Source: Eledone cirrhosa
Lineage: Eukaryota
NCBI GenBank assembly: GCA_964016885.1
Contig: OZ024743.1
Location: 345,216,001 to 345,280,000, forward strand
Length of the DNA stretch: 64,000 nt
Direction: 5' to 3'
The first letter of the stretch is position 1, and every line of letters begins with the position of its first letter. Shown piece after piece: positions 40,395 through 53,906 of this stretch. The notes beneath the pieces are model-generated. The model made no database searches. It saw only the letters and a list, made by a program, of their open reading frames with translations, and was not told the origin of the DNA. A program made the translations under genes and the position numbers.

Positions 40395-42339
40395 ACTCTC
40401 TCTGTCTCTCTCTCTCGCTCTCTCTCTTCAGATACCAATACCACTATCAACACCATCATTAATACCACTATCCTCACTGTCACCGCTCAAAATCATGTTA
40501 ACTATTATCTCTCCAGTGACTAACCTCCCCATAACGAACACCACAACAATCACCAACACTTCTATTAAACACTTACATCAACACTATTACATCCGCCATA
40601 CTTCCACTCTCAATATCACAACATCCTCACCACATCTTCTACATTAACGATCATCTCTCCATCCCTAATATCCCTACACATACTTCTAGACATAGGATGA
40701 ACTTTCCATAACAGAACATCTACAACAATATTTCTAAACAAATGATGATCACCGTATATCACAACACTACCACTGCACTATGTATTCCCAACCTCATCAC
40801 TCCATTTACCAACACCTCCCTATTGTTTCCCTCTAACAATAATGATTCTATAATCTCCACCAATACTATGGCCAGAACATCCTCAAAGTTTTATTCAAGT
40901 AGAACAAATCTACCTCCTGGTTCGTGTGTGTGTGGGAAAAGGCTCTCAAAAATTTCAAGGGAGATAAGAGATTTATTTTGAGTGGGGAGGAGCGTCAAAT
41001 ATTTATGGACACTCTGAGCTCTTTAAGTATGTACCGAAGGAATTCTACCTCATATATTCCCTGACTATGATATCTTTCTTTCCTACATCTCGACATCACC
41101 ACTGTATCATTTCTCCCTATATTCACTCTATACTACCACACCACCACTACAGTATTCTTCCCCCAAAATATCACACCCTTATTACAACACTAACACTAAC
41201 AGTATATCACTTCATGTCAAAATATCATTTCATATCACAAATGCCACCTCTAAGAGACATATCATGGCGGATAAACAAAATAAAATTTAAGCCAAAAAAT
41301 ATTCAGCACCCACCAAAGCACTAAACCGTCAGATACTCAACATCCACAATCTTTCACCTAGCTAGCAGGTACACTCATTGGGAGAAAAATGACTTAGCAG
41401 CGCAACTACTATCACCAGCATCGCCGCCGATATCACCACCTCACCCTCCAACATCGCCAATAAAGCAATCCACTCTACTTCTTTCATATACACTCATTAA
41501 CGCACTCATGCACATATACAGGCAAACATACGCCAACATAGACTTCAATCTATACACAGAATGACTTAGCGACAGAGTATATATACATATATATATACCC
41601 ATAGATACATACCCATAAAGAAACGGTCACACAAGGAATTATCCTGTTGTTTCTTCATCCAAACGTGTCCTCGTTCATTAAAGGGAGTCAACGGAATACT
41701 GAAAAGAGTTTAGTGAAACACCCTACCACTTTCCAAAATTCAGTTGACTCTCCTTACTGAGCAAGGACTCGAATAAAAGAAGAAATAACTGAATAAGTCT
41801 TTGTGTCAAAGTCTCAGATTGGCTTTGTAAATATTTTCTTCCTAAACCTATGGGTGTAGGTGAATTCAAGTTTGTTGCTTGAATTATGAAAAATATCAGC
41901 CGGGCAGAGAATGAGATTTTAAGATTGTTATTAAACCTGTGAAACATAGCAGCCATGTGTGAGTCCATTTCAAAACCCAGTTTATCACTAACTCAACAAC
42001 AAATGTGTCACGAACTCAATACCATGTGTGGTACAAACTAAATAACGTCAATGCAATACCAAGTATGAACCAACATAACAAGAAGTCAGACACTAACTCA
42101 ACACAAAATGCCATCACCAAGAGAAAGATTCATTAAACCTAATGAACACAGCAACTAAGATATCCTCCAATGAGACACTATAGACTTATAAGAAAGACAT
42201 AGTAGATCACGTAATCCTTGGTATAACGTGTCTGTAACATGATTAGAATAAATTGATTATAATTCTATTGGGTTTTGAATAAACTGAAGCTGAATAACAA
42301 AAATATACTCTCGATATTTCACGAGGTTAGTAGAAGCTA

Positions 42340-42540
42340 GTTTGTGTTACATCTGGTACATTAATGTACTCTGGATGGATACTAATCAACTGAGTCTTAT
42401 CCATGACCCAAATCTACCACACTCGTTTTTCAGTGCTCGTTGGAAACGTGGCTATAACCCAGATCTCACCATAGTCACAAGTAACATCGCTGGACTGTGT
42501 AAAAAGACTGTGCTGGATCCTATTCTATGAAGCTAACACC
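42340..42540 (+). mobile_element. Vingi/Ingi-like LINE endonuclease fragment
   Basis: [24 protein letters not shown] resembles the Vingi/Ingi APE motif F-SARW...Y-PDL. Confidence 0.6.
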
Positions 42541-42546
42541 GTTCAA

Positions 42547-42735
42547 GTGGTCGTTTGGCAGTATCGGTAGAGCGTCTGACATCATGCTTTGCAGCATAAA
42601 GTTATGGTCCTTTACGGTCTGAGTTCAAATCCGCCGGGGTTAACTTTGCCTTTCATCCTTACGGGGTCGATAAAATAAAACACCAGTAATGCACTGGGGT
42701 AATTGCTGGTCTTGTGCCAAAAGGAGGAACAATTA
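42547..42735 (+). mobile_element. Meta-like tRNA SINE
   Basis: Full head, B box and CCTTTCATCCTTACGGGGTCGATAAAATAAA core; probable TSD TGAAG(G)CTAACAC on both sides. Confidence 0.85.
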
Positions 42736-43153
42736 TTTATTTAATTGAAGGCTAACACTGTAGAGCAATTCACTAACAGAATGGCCATGCAATGTACATT
42801 ACAAACAGTATTTAGGTGTTTGCCTGTTTTTCTGACTCAACATTCAGCGATTAAATACAAGGAAATTTTATAATGTCTCTATGGCATTCAAATGTTTTCT
42901 TCTACAGTGTTTTCGTGTAAGTAAACCACCCACAAACGCACAGGCTCACGTAACACCACGCTACCCGCACACACACACGTATTAACACACATATATATTT
43001 CTCCGTATATATAAGTGCGTGTGTGTTTAAGCACATAGGAATGTGTGTATGTATGTGTGTGATTTGTTTGCAACAAATGTGTGCATGAATAAATATTTTA
43101 TGTATAAATTGTTTATATATATATATATATATATTTATTTGTGTGTATGTAGG

Positions 43154-43184
<31 letters not shown>

Positions 43185-43186
43185 TA

Positions 43187-43233
<47 letters not shown>

Positions 43234-43514
43234 ATTTATATATATATATATACGGGTGTATACGTCTCTTTCAATGATTTCAGATCACATAACAGTTAAG
43301 TTGTAATATAAGCATACGGAAAGAAAATATATCTATATGTAAATATGTATGTGCGTATGTGAGTGCGCGTGTATGTATACGTCCATATGTCAGTGTGTTT
43401 ATATGTGTAAATGAGTGTTCATCAGGTGTGGTGATTGCACTTTGATGTTATTTGTCATCACTAGCCGAAACAAAATGTTCGATTGTCGATGTATGACAAT
43501 GAGAAATCTAAAAC

Positions 43515-43592
<78 letters not shown>

Positions 43593-43797
43593 ACACTCAC
43601 ACACATTAACACACACACACATAGACATAAACCAATAAAAACACACACGCACACATCACATAGACATTGTGGTACTATTACACAAACCAATAGAGGCTCT
43701 AATCTACCGAGTCAAACAGACTTTCAGAAACATGAATAATTAAACACAATCACCCAAATAAATGTATGTATAAATATCTATATATATATATATGTAA

Positions 43798-43871
<74 letters not shown>

Positions 43872-43896
43872 TTATATAAGTAGATATATGTATATG

Positions 43897-44020
<124 letters not shown>

Positions 44021-44411
44021 TTTATATACACGAAGCAATGTATATATAGATATAAACATACATAAGTATATAAATACTTACATACGTACATGCATACAAA
44101 TACATAAACGCACACGCAGATATGTACTGTGAGTGAAATAATTTTCATACACATGAAACCACACATATATTCATATTCAGCAGGTGTGTACATATGTACA
44201 TATGCAAATAGAAACATAAGGTTTACAGACATATACATAGAGAGAGGATGATATATAAATACAGGATTCTATCATGAAACTATTAGTAACGACGTATTAA
44301 TTCATAAAATGGCTATACCAATATAGATGCAATGACACACACACCTATATATATATACCTATATATATATACATATATATACATATATATATACACACAT
44401 TTACATATATT

Positions 44412-44457
<46 letters not shown>

Positions 44458-44484
44458 CATATATATATATATATATACATGCAT

Positions 44485-44570
<86 letters not shown>

Positions 44571-44935
44571 TATGTGTGTATTTATATGTATATATAGAGT
44601 GCAGGCATACACAGATAGATAGATAGTTAGAAAGACAAAAACACAGACAGGCAGTCTCTCTCTCTCTTTCTCTTTCTCTTTCTCCCCCCCCCCCCCATAT
44701 ATATATACGTACATATAAGAGTCTTTTTGAAGGTAGAGGTGTGTTGGTCTGTGTGGGAGCAGTGCTGTTATACCGGTGAATGAACAAAGGAATAATGACC
44801 TCTAGTTTATTCATAGAGAGACTTAAACAAACAAAAGATATTTAACATCACAATCTCCTGTTTCATTCCCTCTTATAGGTGTTTTGATATTTTTCTGAGT
44901 GGTCGGTCCATTTGTATTGCCTTTTAAATACGTGT

Positions 44936-44996
<61 letters not shown>

Positions 44997-46449
44997 TGTG
45001 TGTGTGTGTATATATATGTATATATATATATATAAATATATATATATGCATATGTGTATGTATGTGTGGATGCGTGTGTGTATGTATGTGTGTTTGTATG
45101 TATGCATGTATGAATTTATTTATATGTGTATGAACCTTTAATATATAGTTCCAGTCATGTTGCATACCAACATACACATTAACACACACACTCTCTCTCA
45201 CACACACACACAAGCGCGCGCTCACACACACGCACACACGCACACACGCACACACGCACACACGCACACATACGCACACACACACACACATATATACATA
45301 CAAATATACGCACGATCTACTCTAATTTCCTACATCTACGTTTGTTCCACTTGTCGTTCGTTGTCACTTATTCTCTCAACACCTTTTTTACCTCCTCCCC
45401 GCCTAAATTGGTCTGAGGCTTTTTCGATCTGTTAGTCATTGCTCTCAAACATCGAATATAAAAACCTCTGCCCCACAACTTACCTATCTACTTACTATTA
45501 CACACACCACCAGAGCTCATCCATCCAACTTTCTAGTCAGCAAAACATATTATTCTCAAAAACGCCTTTTGTTCCACCAAACAAGCAGCCAGCAAGTAAC
45601 CAGCCCGCCAACCGACCAACCATCCATCTATGATCCCGCCAACCAGCCAGCAACCAACCAACCAACCAACCATTTATCCAGCTGCTTCCATCTCTACACA
45701 GAGGAAGGGAACTATAACTGCGATTGAACACCGTTCTTTTATGTTTTTGGCCATCTTGTTTCAATATGGAAATTATCGTAGGAGAACCCGGTATAACTTT
45801 ATATGTAAATATATTCGTGTCAATTCACCGTCATAGTTCTGAAATTGAAAGTATACGTTTATACACCTACACACTAACACCTACAGAATTTGGCTTTCTA
45901 TCACTTACATACAATACACACACCACAAATTATATGTATGTGTGTGTATAAATATATGTGTGTGCGTGTGTGCCTGTGTGACTAAGTATTTGTATATGTA
46001 TGTATATATGTTTGTATATATATATGTCAGTTAACACTTTCTCTCTACTGACCTCTTCCTCACACTTCCACTCACTCACTCACTGTTTCTCCCCCTCTCA
46101 CTTCACCCCGTTCGCGACGAAAACAATTTCCTTCTTTCTTACATTGGATTCATCTCGAAAGGTCTATTTTCTACGCGCTCATATATTCACCCAGCTTATG
46201 CTGATAGAATAACTATGTAGCTTGTGCCTCTTCCTATCTACGGTTAGCTTTCCTCTTTGTTGTTACTTGTCTCACTCGCTTTACGCGTTTTAATTGTCCT
46301 AATAACTTAATTTAGTTATTATTGCATCAACGTGAGGTATATGATTTTTAATGCAATGAAATATCTATGACCGTTGGCAAATCACTGATGAGGGACTCAT
46401 TTTATAACATGTTATCCATGTGCAACCTGCAGTATTCTTCTCCCCATTT

Positions 46450-46504
<55 letters not shown>

Positions 46505-46542
46505 TACTTGGGGAGGGTTATATTTGTGTAATATTGCCAGAA

Positions 46543-46589
<47 letters not shown>

Positions 46590-46616
46590 TTATATATATA
46601 TATATATATTTATATA

Positions 46617-46678
<62 letters not shown>

Positions 46679-47399
46679 TATATATAGAAACGTACATATA
46701 TATATATATAAATATATATATAGAAACGTACATATATATATATATAAATATATATATATGTATATATATATATTATATATATATCTATATACTCACTCAT
46801 ATAAACTCATTCCAACTTTTACACACATATTTAAGTAGATGAACATGAGAAGGAACAAAAATAAAATAAGATAAAATATAATAAATTAAAGAGATTCCAT
46901 GTTATTAGTAACAAAATAAGAGATATAAACAACGAAGTAAGCGTAGGGCGGAGTGAGACGCCGAATACGAGTACGAAAGTAGAATAAATAAGGAGTTGGT
47001 GGCCGACAGAGTGCGTATGAGAGATAGAGGAAATATGTTGACGAGGAAGAATAGAATGAGTATGAGGCCTAATAAAACTGAGGGAAGGATGCCCGAGAAA
47101 TAAACACTGAGTAATATTCTGTCTGCATATGTAATTTACCTCTTCGTATATGAACATACCTATGTGCGCACGGGTATATACCACACATATATACATACAC
47201 ATAAATACACACACACATACACACACATAGACACACACACACATATATACATATTTGTACAAGTTGCGTCAGTTATTTGAGAAGAAAATTTAGTGAGCCA
47301 TAAGTTACCTAAACATTCACTAATATTTAATTGTAATTTTTTCATCCCAATATGCAAATTCCAACCTGAAACCAGAAATCTAAATGCATGATATTCTCG

Positions 47400-48290
47400 T
47401 TGACTTAACCGCCCTCCACAGATAGCCAAAAATCGCTAACTTCTTGAATGTTGACAGATCCTTCGATGAGAGGGGCCCTTGGCTTTTAACATCATTGCAA
47501 AATTTCAACAGAATAGCCGAGTTTGTCTAGAAAGTCTAAAGTATGATGAACAACAGACCCAGTAAGTTAATGAGATGCATAGCTAATCATCCTGATATGT
47601 CGGAGTTCGCAATCGGAGGTATGGTTCACGAGGACATAAGCTACAAATCCATTTTTTCAGATGGAGTCAGTTATATCAAATAGGAGCCAGGAGGACCCTG
47701 ACATTGGATTGAAGCACTCAATGAACAAGTCCAAGAAACTGGAGGGTCTCAGCATGCTGTTGTACTTCTCAGATTAGATATTTGACCATTATTGATCAAT
47801 AGCAATGACATGTGGTCCTATCGAGGCTCACACCGGAATGCCCAGCAAATTGTGAAGGTGAATGGTTTTCTGAGTAATGAGGGCTATATCATGCCTCTCC
47901 ACTTCTGTACTATTGCCTATGTTGAGACGGTAAGTCCATTTGTCAAGCACTGGATTGGGGTTGACAAGGTGTCTCTAAATATTTCTGATAAGTGTGAGCC
48001 CTATCACACATCATAGAAATGTGTAAGATGCTGGCCAAACTATTTCATGGCAGTGTGATCACTAAAATTTGACCTCATAGCTCTGCAGATTTAAGACTCC
48101 GGGACTACTATTTCTGGAGCGCCGTTACGATGTAGATCAGCATGTAGTTTTGCAATATCGAAGACGAGTTGAAATCCGTCATCAGGATATTATAGAGATC
48201 AGGAATAAGAATCATTTGATCAGCATATGGTGTTGTTAAATTTAAGTTTTTTTCAATAGATGGTTGTAATAAGTATCTGAGAAAACAGGT
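47400..48290 (+). mobile_element. Highly degraded Tc1/mariner-superfamily transposase
   Basis: PYHTS*KC, (W)PHSSADL-L-DYYFWS and EDELKSVI correspond to the catalytic C-terminus (WP-SPDL-P-DY-W). Confidence 0.6.
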
Positions 48291-48297
48291 ACTAAAT

Positions 48298-48352
<55 letters not shown>

Positions 48353-48371
48353 TTATATATGTATATATATG

Positions 48372-49246
48372 CGAGGTGTGTCAGAAAAGTTCCAGGACTG
48401 ATGTCACAAAAGATTTATTTCAAACCCAATCTTCACACTAAGAGTTTTCTCCTTCAAAATAACCCCCCCCCCCCTGGAGTATGTAACTGTAATCTTAGCT
48501 CTCTGCAGCGATCAAACTTTTTTCTTCATAATTTTATATACATGTCCTCTGTTTCAGGTCGCCAAGCAATGAGAACAGAGCAACGAACAAACGAAGTTTT
48601 TGGTACGGTTGGGAAAACTCCGTCAGAAGCATTGGGATTGTTGCAGCAAGTGTATGGAGATGAGACGATGTCACGCTCACGTGTTTTTGAGTGGTGCAAG
48701 ATGACCCCAGGAGCGGAAGGCCCTCAACAACCAGAACTGAGGTCAACGTTGAGCGCGTCAGGCAGATGGTGCGTAGCTATCGTCGGCTGACTGTTAGACT
48801 GATGGCAAATGAGCTGGGCATGAATCGGGACAGCGTCTGGAAGATTCTCACATGCGGAAAGTCTGCGCGAAGATGGTGCCAAAACTGCTGAACGATGACC
48901 AGAAGGGTCGACGCATACAAGTGTGCCACGACATCCTCGAGCGTCTTGAAACCGAAGCAGACTTGCTAGGGACAGTCATCACCGGTGATGAGTCATGGAT
49001 CTTCGAGTACGACCCGGAGGGGACCCGTTTTGAAGACGTGAACGACACAAAAAAGGCCGTGACGACGGAACTGCGGAGGATCCCGGAAGAATCCTTCCAG
49101 GAGTGCATGCAAGCGTGGCAGAAAAGGATGGAAAAGTGCATTAGATTCCAGGGGGATTACTTTGAAGGAGAAAACTCTTAGTGTGAAGTTTGGGTTTGAA
49201 ATAAATCTTTTGTGACATCAGTCCTGGAACTTTTCTGACACACCTC

Positions 49247-49247
<1 letters not shown>
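48372..49247 (+). mobile_element. Internally deleted mariner element
   Basis: ~100-bp TIRs starting CGAGGTGTGTCAGAAAAGTTCCAGGACTG; TA target. HTH region (YGDETMSRSRVFEW, DDPRSGRP), MVPKLL, ITGDESWIFEYDPE fused to GTRFEDV...GDYFEG. Confidence 0.95.
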
Positions 49248-49263
<16 letters not shown>

Positions 49264-49286
<23 letters not shown>

Positions 49287-49525
49287 AATTACAAAATATG
49301 AGGAAACAATAGACAAAAATATACCTATCTGTTCTTCAAATCCCGACTTCAGTTTCGCCGATCAATGTGCAATGATGTCTGCACTATAAAATTGGATCTT
49401 CGCTGTGAAGTTGATACGGCTTATCAAGAGACCGCGCAGAAAAAGGACTGTTTCTTTCGTAGCAAGTGATAATTTTTCGAGGGAAGAGGAGAGGAGAGAG
49501 AGATAAACACATGATACAGTGGTCA
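49264..49525 (-). mobile_element. PLE-like 3' fragment with hammerhead, ending in (TA)n
   Basis: HHR on the minus strand followed by a ~75-nt U-rich 3' end and a TA tract. Confidence 0.6.
49339..49433 (-). ncRNA. Type I hammerhead ribozyme motif, U3-A8 variant
   Basis: Minus strand: GGTCTC-TTGATAA-GCCG(t)ATCAA...TTGAT-CGGC-GAAA-CTGAA-GTC-GGGATT. GUC triplet; 9-bp bulged stem II; stem I contains G-U pairs. Confidence 0.7.
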
Positions 49526-49713
49526 CAGGAAAAGAGTCAGGAACCCGACGGCTGAGCTCCGGTCGTTTCGATCTGTTCGGATCTAGCTGTCGAAACAGCC
49601 GGAGCTAAGTCGTCGGGGTCCTGGTTCTTTTCCTATTACCCACTCTACTACCCTAAGTATCGAGTACTCTGGTGCGTTATGGTCCACCTGGTATCTTACC
49701 TCACCTTTGTTGT
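49526..49713 (+). mobile_element. Family A fold-back element, copy 5 (same subfamily as copy 1)
   Basis: AGGAAAAGAGTCAGGAACCCGACGGCTGAGCTCCGG...CCGGAGCTAAGTCGTCGGGGTCCTGGTTCTTTTCCT plus tail, ending in (TA)n. Confidence 0.8.
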
Positions 49714-49748
<35 letters not shown>

Positions 49749-50299
49749 ATTTGTATTTGACATTGTCCTTATATTCGAATTGGAGCTTTGCTTTGTTGTT
49801 AAGTAACTGAAGTACCCTGTATTTATGAGAGTCAGCGTGAAAGAGACAAAATGACAAAGTATATGTGTGTGTACGCGCTGTTTATAGGAGTACATTAGTA
49901 CCTATATATATCTTCTCTTGTTTCTTGTAATTAAATATGCACGTTTTTAAGAGAAATGTCTGTAAATAAAAACGAGCCAACAAACTTGAGAATGATATTA
50001 GTGACGATATATGTATGTATGTATCTATGTATCTATGTATGAATGTATGCATGTATGCATGCATGTATGTATGTATGTATGTATGTATGTATGTATGTAT
50101 GTATGTATGTATGTATGTATGTATGTATGTACGTACGTATGTACATATGTGTGTATGTATGTTCTTTCTTTCTCTAAATTTTGAGTTTATGTTTGACCAG
50201 CCACGTTCATAGTGGCAAAGTTGTAAAGAAAATACAATTTTGAATGAAGGAGCTGCGGTTCTTCTCCACACATCCAAGATCAGCGGTGGTTTTTCTTTT

Positions 50300-51330
50300 C
50301 AGCTTTCAAGAGTATCACTTTGAGCCATGAGTCTCAACTTACTCCTCCCTATTTGATTTGATTTTTGTCTTCAGTAATGCTTTCCAGATATTTCTAGCCA
50401 CCAAATCACGCCCCATGTGGAGGTAGTTACGAGAAGATATTCTTTCACAGTTAGCAAAATATGGTTAACATCTTCGGTCTTTATTTTGGAAAGCCTAAAT
50501 TATTGTCGAGAGATGACGTTTCTCTTTTGTGAAGTAGGTACCTTTTTCCTGGATTGCGTAGAGGTATCATTCAAAATGGGAAGTAGGTATCATTCAAAAT
50601 GGGAAGTTATGAACTTGTTGGAACTCCATAACAGGATTTTATTATGGTTTATACCCTCTATGGTCTGCGTTTTTCGTCTCAATTACGCATGTACAACCTT
50701 CTCTATGAATTGTTCCATTTTACATATTTTGTTCGATCATTGAGTCTTCCAATGTTCATGGGAGATAAATTTGTATCAATTTCTATTTCATGTCATTCCT
50801 CAGGATTATTATTATTCTTATGCTCATAAAGCCCGGGTTACTGACCTTTTTCATTTGTTGTAGTTGTTGCTTCACAGGTCTCGTATAATTTTAATATGGA
50901 ATTTTGGTCATTGATATTATATTTTGCGGTAACCCTGAGAAGCTTGAGACACCTTGTATCCATTTCGTTCAGTATCTACAATGAGCAGTTCATCAGGCTA
51001 TATGTTGGCGTTTGGATGGGTATATCAAAAGTATTATGGGCATTGTGCTGGTTGTACGCTGAGAGATCTAATGACCGTATTCTCTTTACTCTTTTAAGGT
51101 ATTCATTCCTGGTTCTTCCAACTACATTCGATGTATTTCAGTATATAGGGGCTGTGGTTGAAAAAATAGGCTCTTGCATGTTGTCGTAGTATGCGACTGT
51201 ATTAAAATATTCCATCATTCATTGTTGCAGAACTTTAATGTCTTCTTACCGTTGAGATAAGGACTTGGTTTTTACAGGATGTTCTATTTAATGGAGATGA
51301 CGGTACCTGCATCCTTGAGTGAGTTTCCAG
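50300..51330 (-). mobile_element. Degraded R4/Dong-like RLE retrotransposon (post-RT region)
   Basis: Minus frame EYLKRVKRIRSLDLSAYNQHNAHNTFDIPI...EMDTRCLKLL...KLY resembles the R4/Dong region downstream of RT; boundaries approximate. Confidence 0.6.
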
Positions 51331-51855
51331 CTTCGAGGAAGTTTCGTTTATCTTAAGGAGGCTGCATACTATGAAAATATGCCTTAATACGAGGGATGAT
51401 GTTTTTCAACCACTACTAACACGTGCTGAATACAACCTTTACAATTGGAAGAACCGCGGAGAACATCTGGACCACCAGAATTCACAATCTTGCGCTCCGA
51501 ACTCATCCTCACACCTCATTGTAAAGCTTTCATCGTTACAATATCTTTCTTACTCACTAAAACAATAAAAGGAGTACTCTTTCTTCGAAGTTCTAATCTC
51601 TGTATCCAACACCCACATATTAGGTTCCACAATCTTAAATAACTTCGTTCACTTTGACCCAATTCTAAGCAGAGTTATCCCTCCTTATACAACTGGCCAC
51701 ATAATCCTAAGTTTTCTCTCCTTCCATAAGAACGCTCTCATAGAACTCAAATGAATACAACATACATTTAAAATATGCTTGATAGACGAACTGAGGAAAC
51801 AATTCCGTAGAGACACGCACGCGTTCAAATGTAACCTAATTTTGTATGTACACTG

Positions 51856-51949
<94 letters not shown>

Positions 51950-51950
<1 letters not shown>

Positions 51951-52145
51951 CAGGTCACTCTTGAGAGCTACTGGTAACATGTAAACCAGTACAACCTGTC
52001 GCATGGTCGGGTCGTCGGCGACTAAACTGGCAACCCCACCAAATTTACTTGGTGAGGAAGGTGATTTTGGACACCCTGCAGGACAAAAAAAACAAAATCT
52101 GACAAAGCTCGGAAGAACTCATAAGAGTCAACGGCCATCCAAAAT
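51950..52145 (+). mobile_element. 5' fragment of the RTE-derived element seen at 7746-8292
   Basis: AACTGGCAACCCCACCAA...GGTGAGGAAGGTGATTTTGGACACCCTGCAGGA...AAGAGTCAACGGCCATCCAAAAT matches 8062-8180. Confidence 0.7.
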
Positions 52146-52204
52146 GTGTAAATATGTATATATACATGTACATATGTATGTGTATATATATGCATGTGTA
52201 TATG

Positions 52205-52930
52205 CCTGGGGTGTCAGGGAGGGGCATGCACCTCTGTAGGGAGAGCTAGCCATGCGCTTTTCAGGACAGCTCGTCCTGCATTGGGTCCCACCTGACACTC
52301 AGCTCTCACCTGTGGCCCCAAGAAGCTGTAGCATGCGACAGCGGCCACACCCCGGTAAACCGCCTTGGCTGGCGGGCCGAACCAGGTTGAGGGTAGTCGG
52401 ACGGTTCTGAAACCCCTCTGTGAGTTAGATAGGGGATGCCTGCCCCTGCATGCGAAGACTGGACCCGGCAGGGTGAGTGGAGGAGGACAAGATCGTCCCT
52501 ATGGTCACAAAGGCGGCGACAGCAAGCGGTGTGGAGCGCTAGGGTACGGCAAGGCACTACACACGCCGTGGCCGTCCACTGCAGCCAAGGAAGTCGCTGG
52601 TCGTGACGGTCCTCCGTACCACCGGATTCTGGCTTCTGCGGCCGAGTGAGTGGGACCGTGACTGTGCACTGGCCCTCCAACTATAAACCTTTTCCGCACA
52701 GGTTTCTTCTTTAGCGTGCTCTTCCAAAGCCCTGCGGCGATGAGTGAGAGATTGAGGTAACAGGTGGAGGTAACCTCTAGGAGTTGACAGTCTGACTCCG
52801 GTCTCCTCCCCTACCCCCACTGTCCCCGGGCTTGCAAGTCAAGGATCGACCTCCACAGCCACCTTCATGCCCACTGCAGACGGGAATAACAATGAAGAAG
52901 ATGTCATCATCGTTTACGATGGACAACCAA
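52205..52930 (+). mobile_element. GC-rich RTE-type 5'UTR plus 3' end (bipartite non-autonomous RTE)
   Basis: CTCTCACCTGTGGCCCCAAGAAGCTGTAGCATGC...GGCCACACCCCGGTAAACC...AAACCAGGTTGAGGGTA resembles RTE/BovB-group 5' UTRs as recalled, not searched. Ends GTCATCATCGTTTACGATGGACAACC with no ORF. Confidence 0.55.
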
Positions 52931-53906
52931 AATATATATATGTGTGTTTGTGTATGTATGTATGTGTTTGTGTGTTTGCCTCTGTGTGTACGTGTATATG
53001 CATGCATGTGTGTGTGAGAGAGAGAGAGTGTGTGTGTGTGTGTGTGTGTGTGTTTATGTGCGCGTGCGCGCGTGTGTGTAGGTGTGGGCACTCTCATATG
53101 GGTGCTAAAATGGAGAGAACGTCTTTACGATTGAGGAGTATATTTTACGTATTTTTACATTCAAACAAGTCCCCCGTTTCTCCTTTGTATAGGGCTTGAT
53201 CGATATTTTGAGCCCTTGATCATTGACTGATTAAATGATAGGTTTTTAACCTTTTCTGAATATATTACAGCGTATTAAGTGCTTTTCTTTCCTTCTCATT
53301 GTGTTTATGAATGTTCACGTGTGTATGTATATAAGCATGTATGTATGTTAGTATGTATGTATATATGTAAGTATGTATGTATGCATGTATGTATGTTGTA
53401 TGTATGCATCTATCTATCTATATATATAAACTCACACACACACATATATACATATATATGGCGATGTGTTGTTGATTCGCTCCAAGTGAAATTTAATAGA
53501 GCAAACCTATCATCAAACGCATTTTATTTAAAACAGCCCATTTCTCTAGCAGTTTCTAGTAATATATACTTCAATGTATCGTTCCCTTTGTAAGATAGTT
53601 CAGTGCGATTTGTGAGGGTTTCGGTTACGACATCTCGTTGGTCGAGCGATTGCTTTTAAACTTTAGGGTTAATTATCAATGAGTGGCATCTTGGGCAAGT
53701 GTCTTCTACCATTTCTAGTATTTTGAGAGAAATTGTGTTGATGGAAAGTGTGTGGAATTTCGTTTGATATACTATATCCATGTCACGCCGATTTATCATA
53801 GTATAACTGTGGGCGGAATTATCATAAATTTCCACATTACACAAGTAGGTCATTCAGTAGATCAAACAACTATACATAATCCATTCTCCAATGTATATAT
53901 ATATAT

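Noticed and set aside
41723-41968. Candidate host exon on the minus strand (TTTCACAG acceptor; also 45680-45845)
   Set aside because: No convincing donor site or recognisable peptide; cannot be supported without RNA data.
46381-46455. CTGATGAG upstream of a TA tract
   Set aside because: No GAAA box or stem partners downstream.
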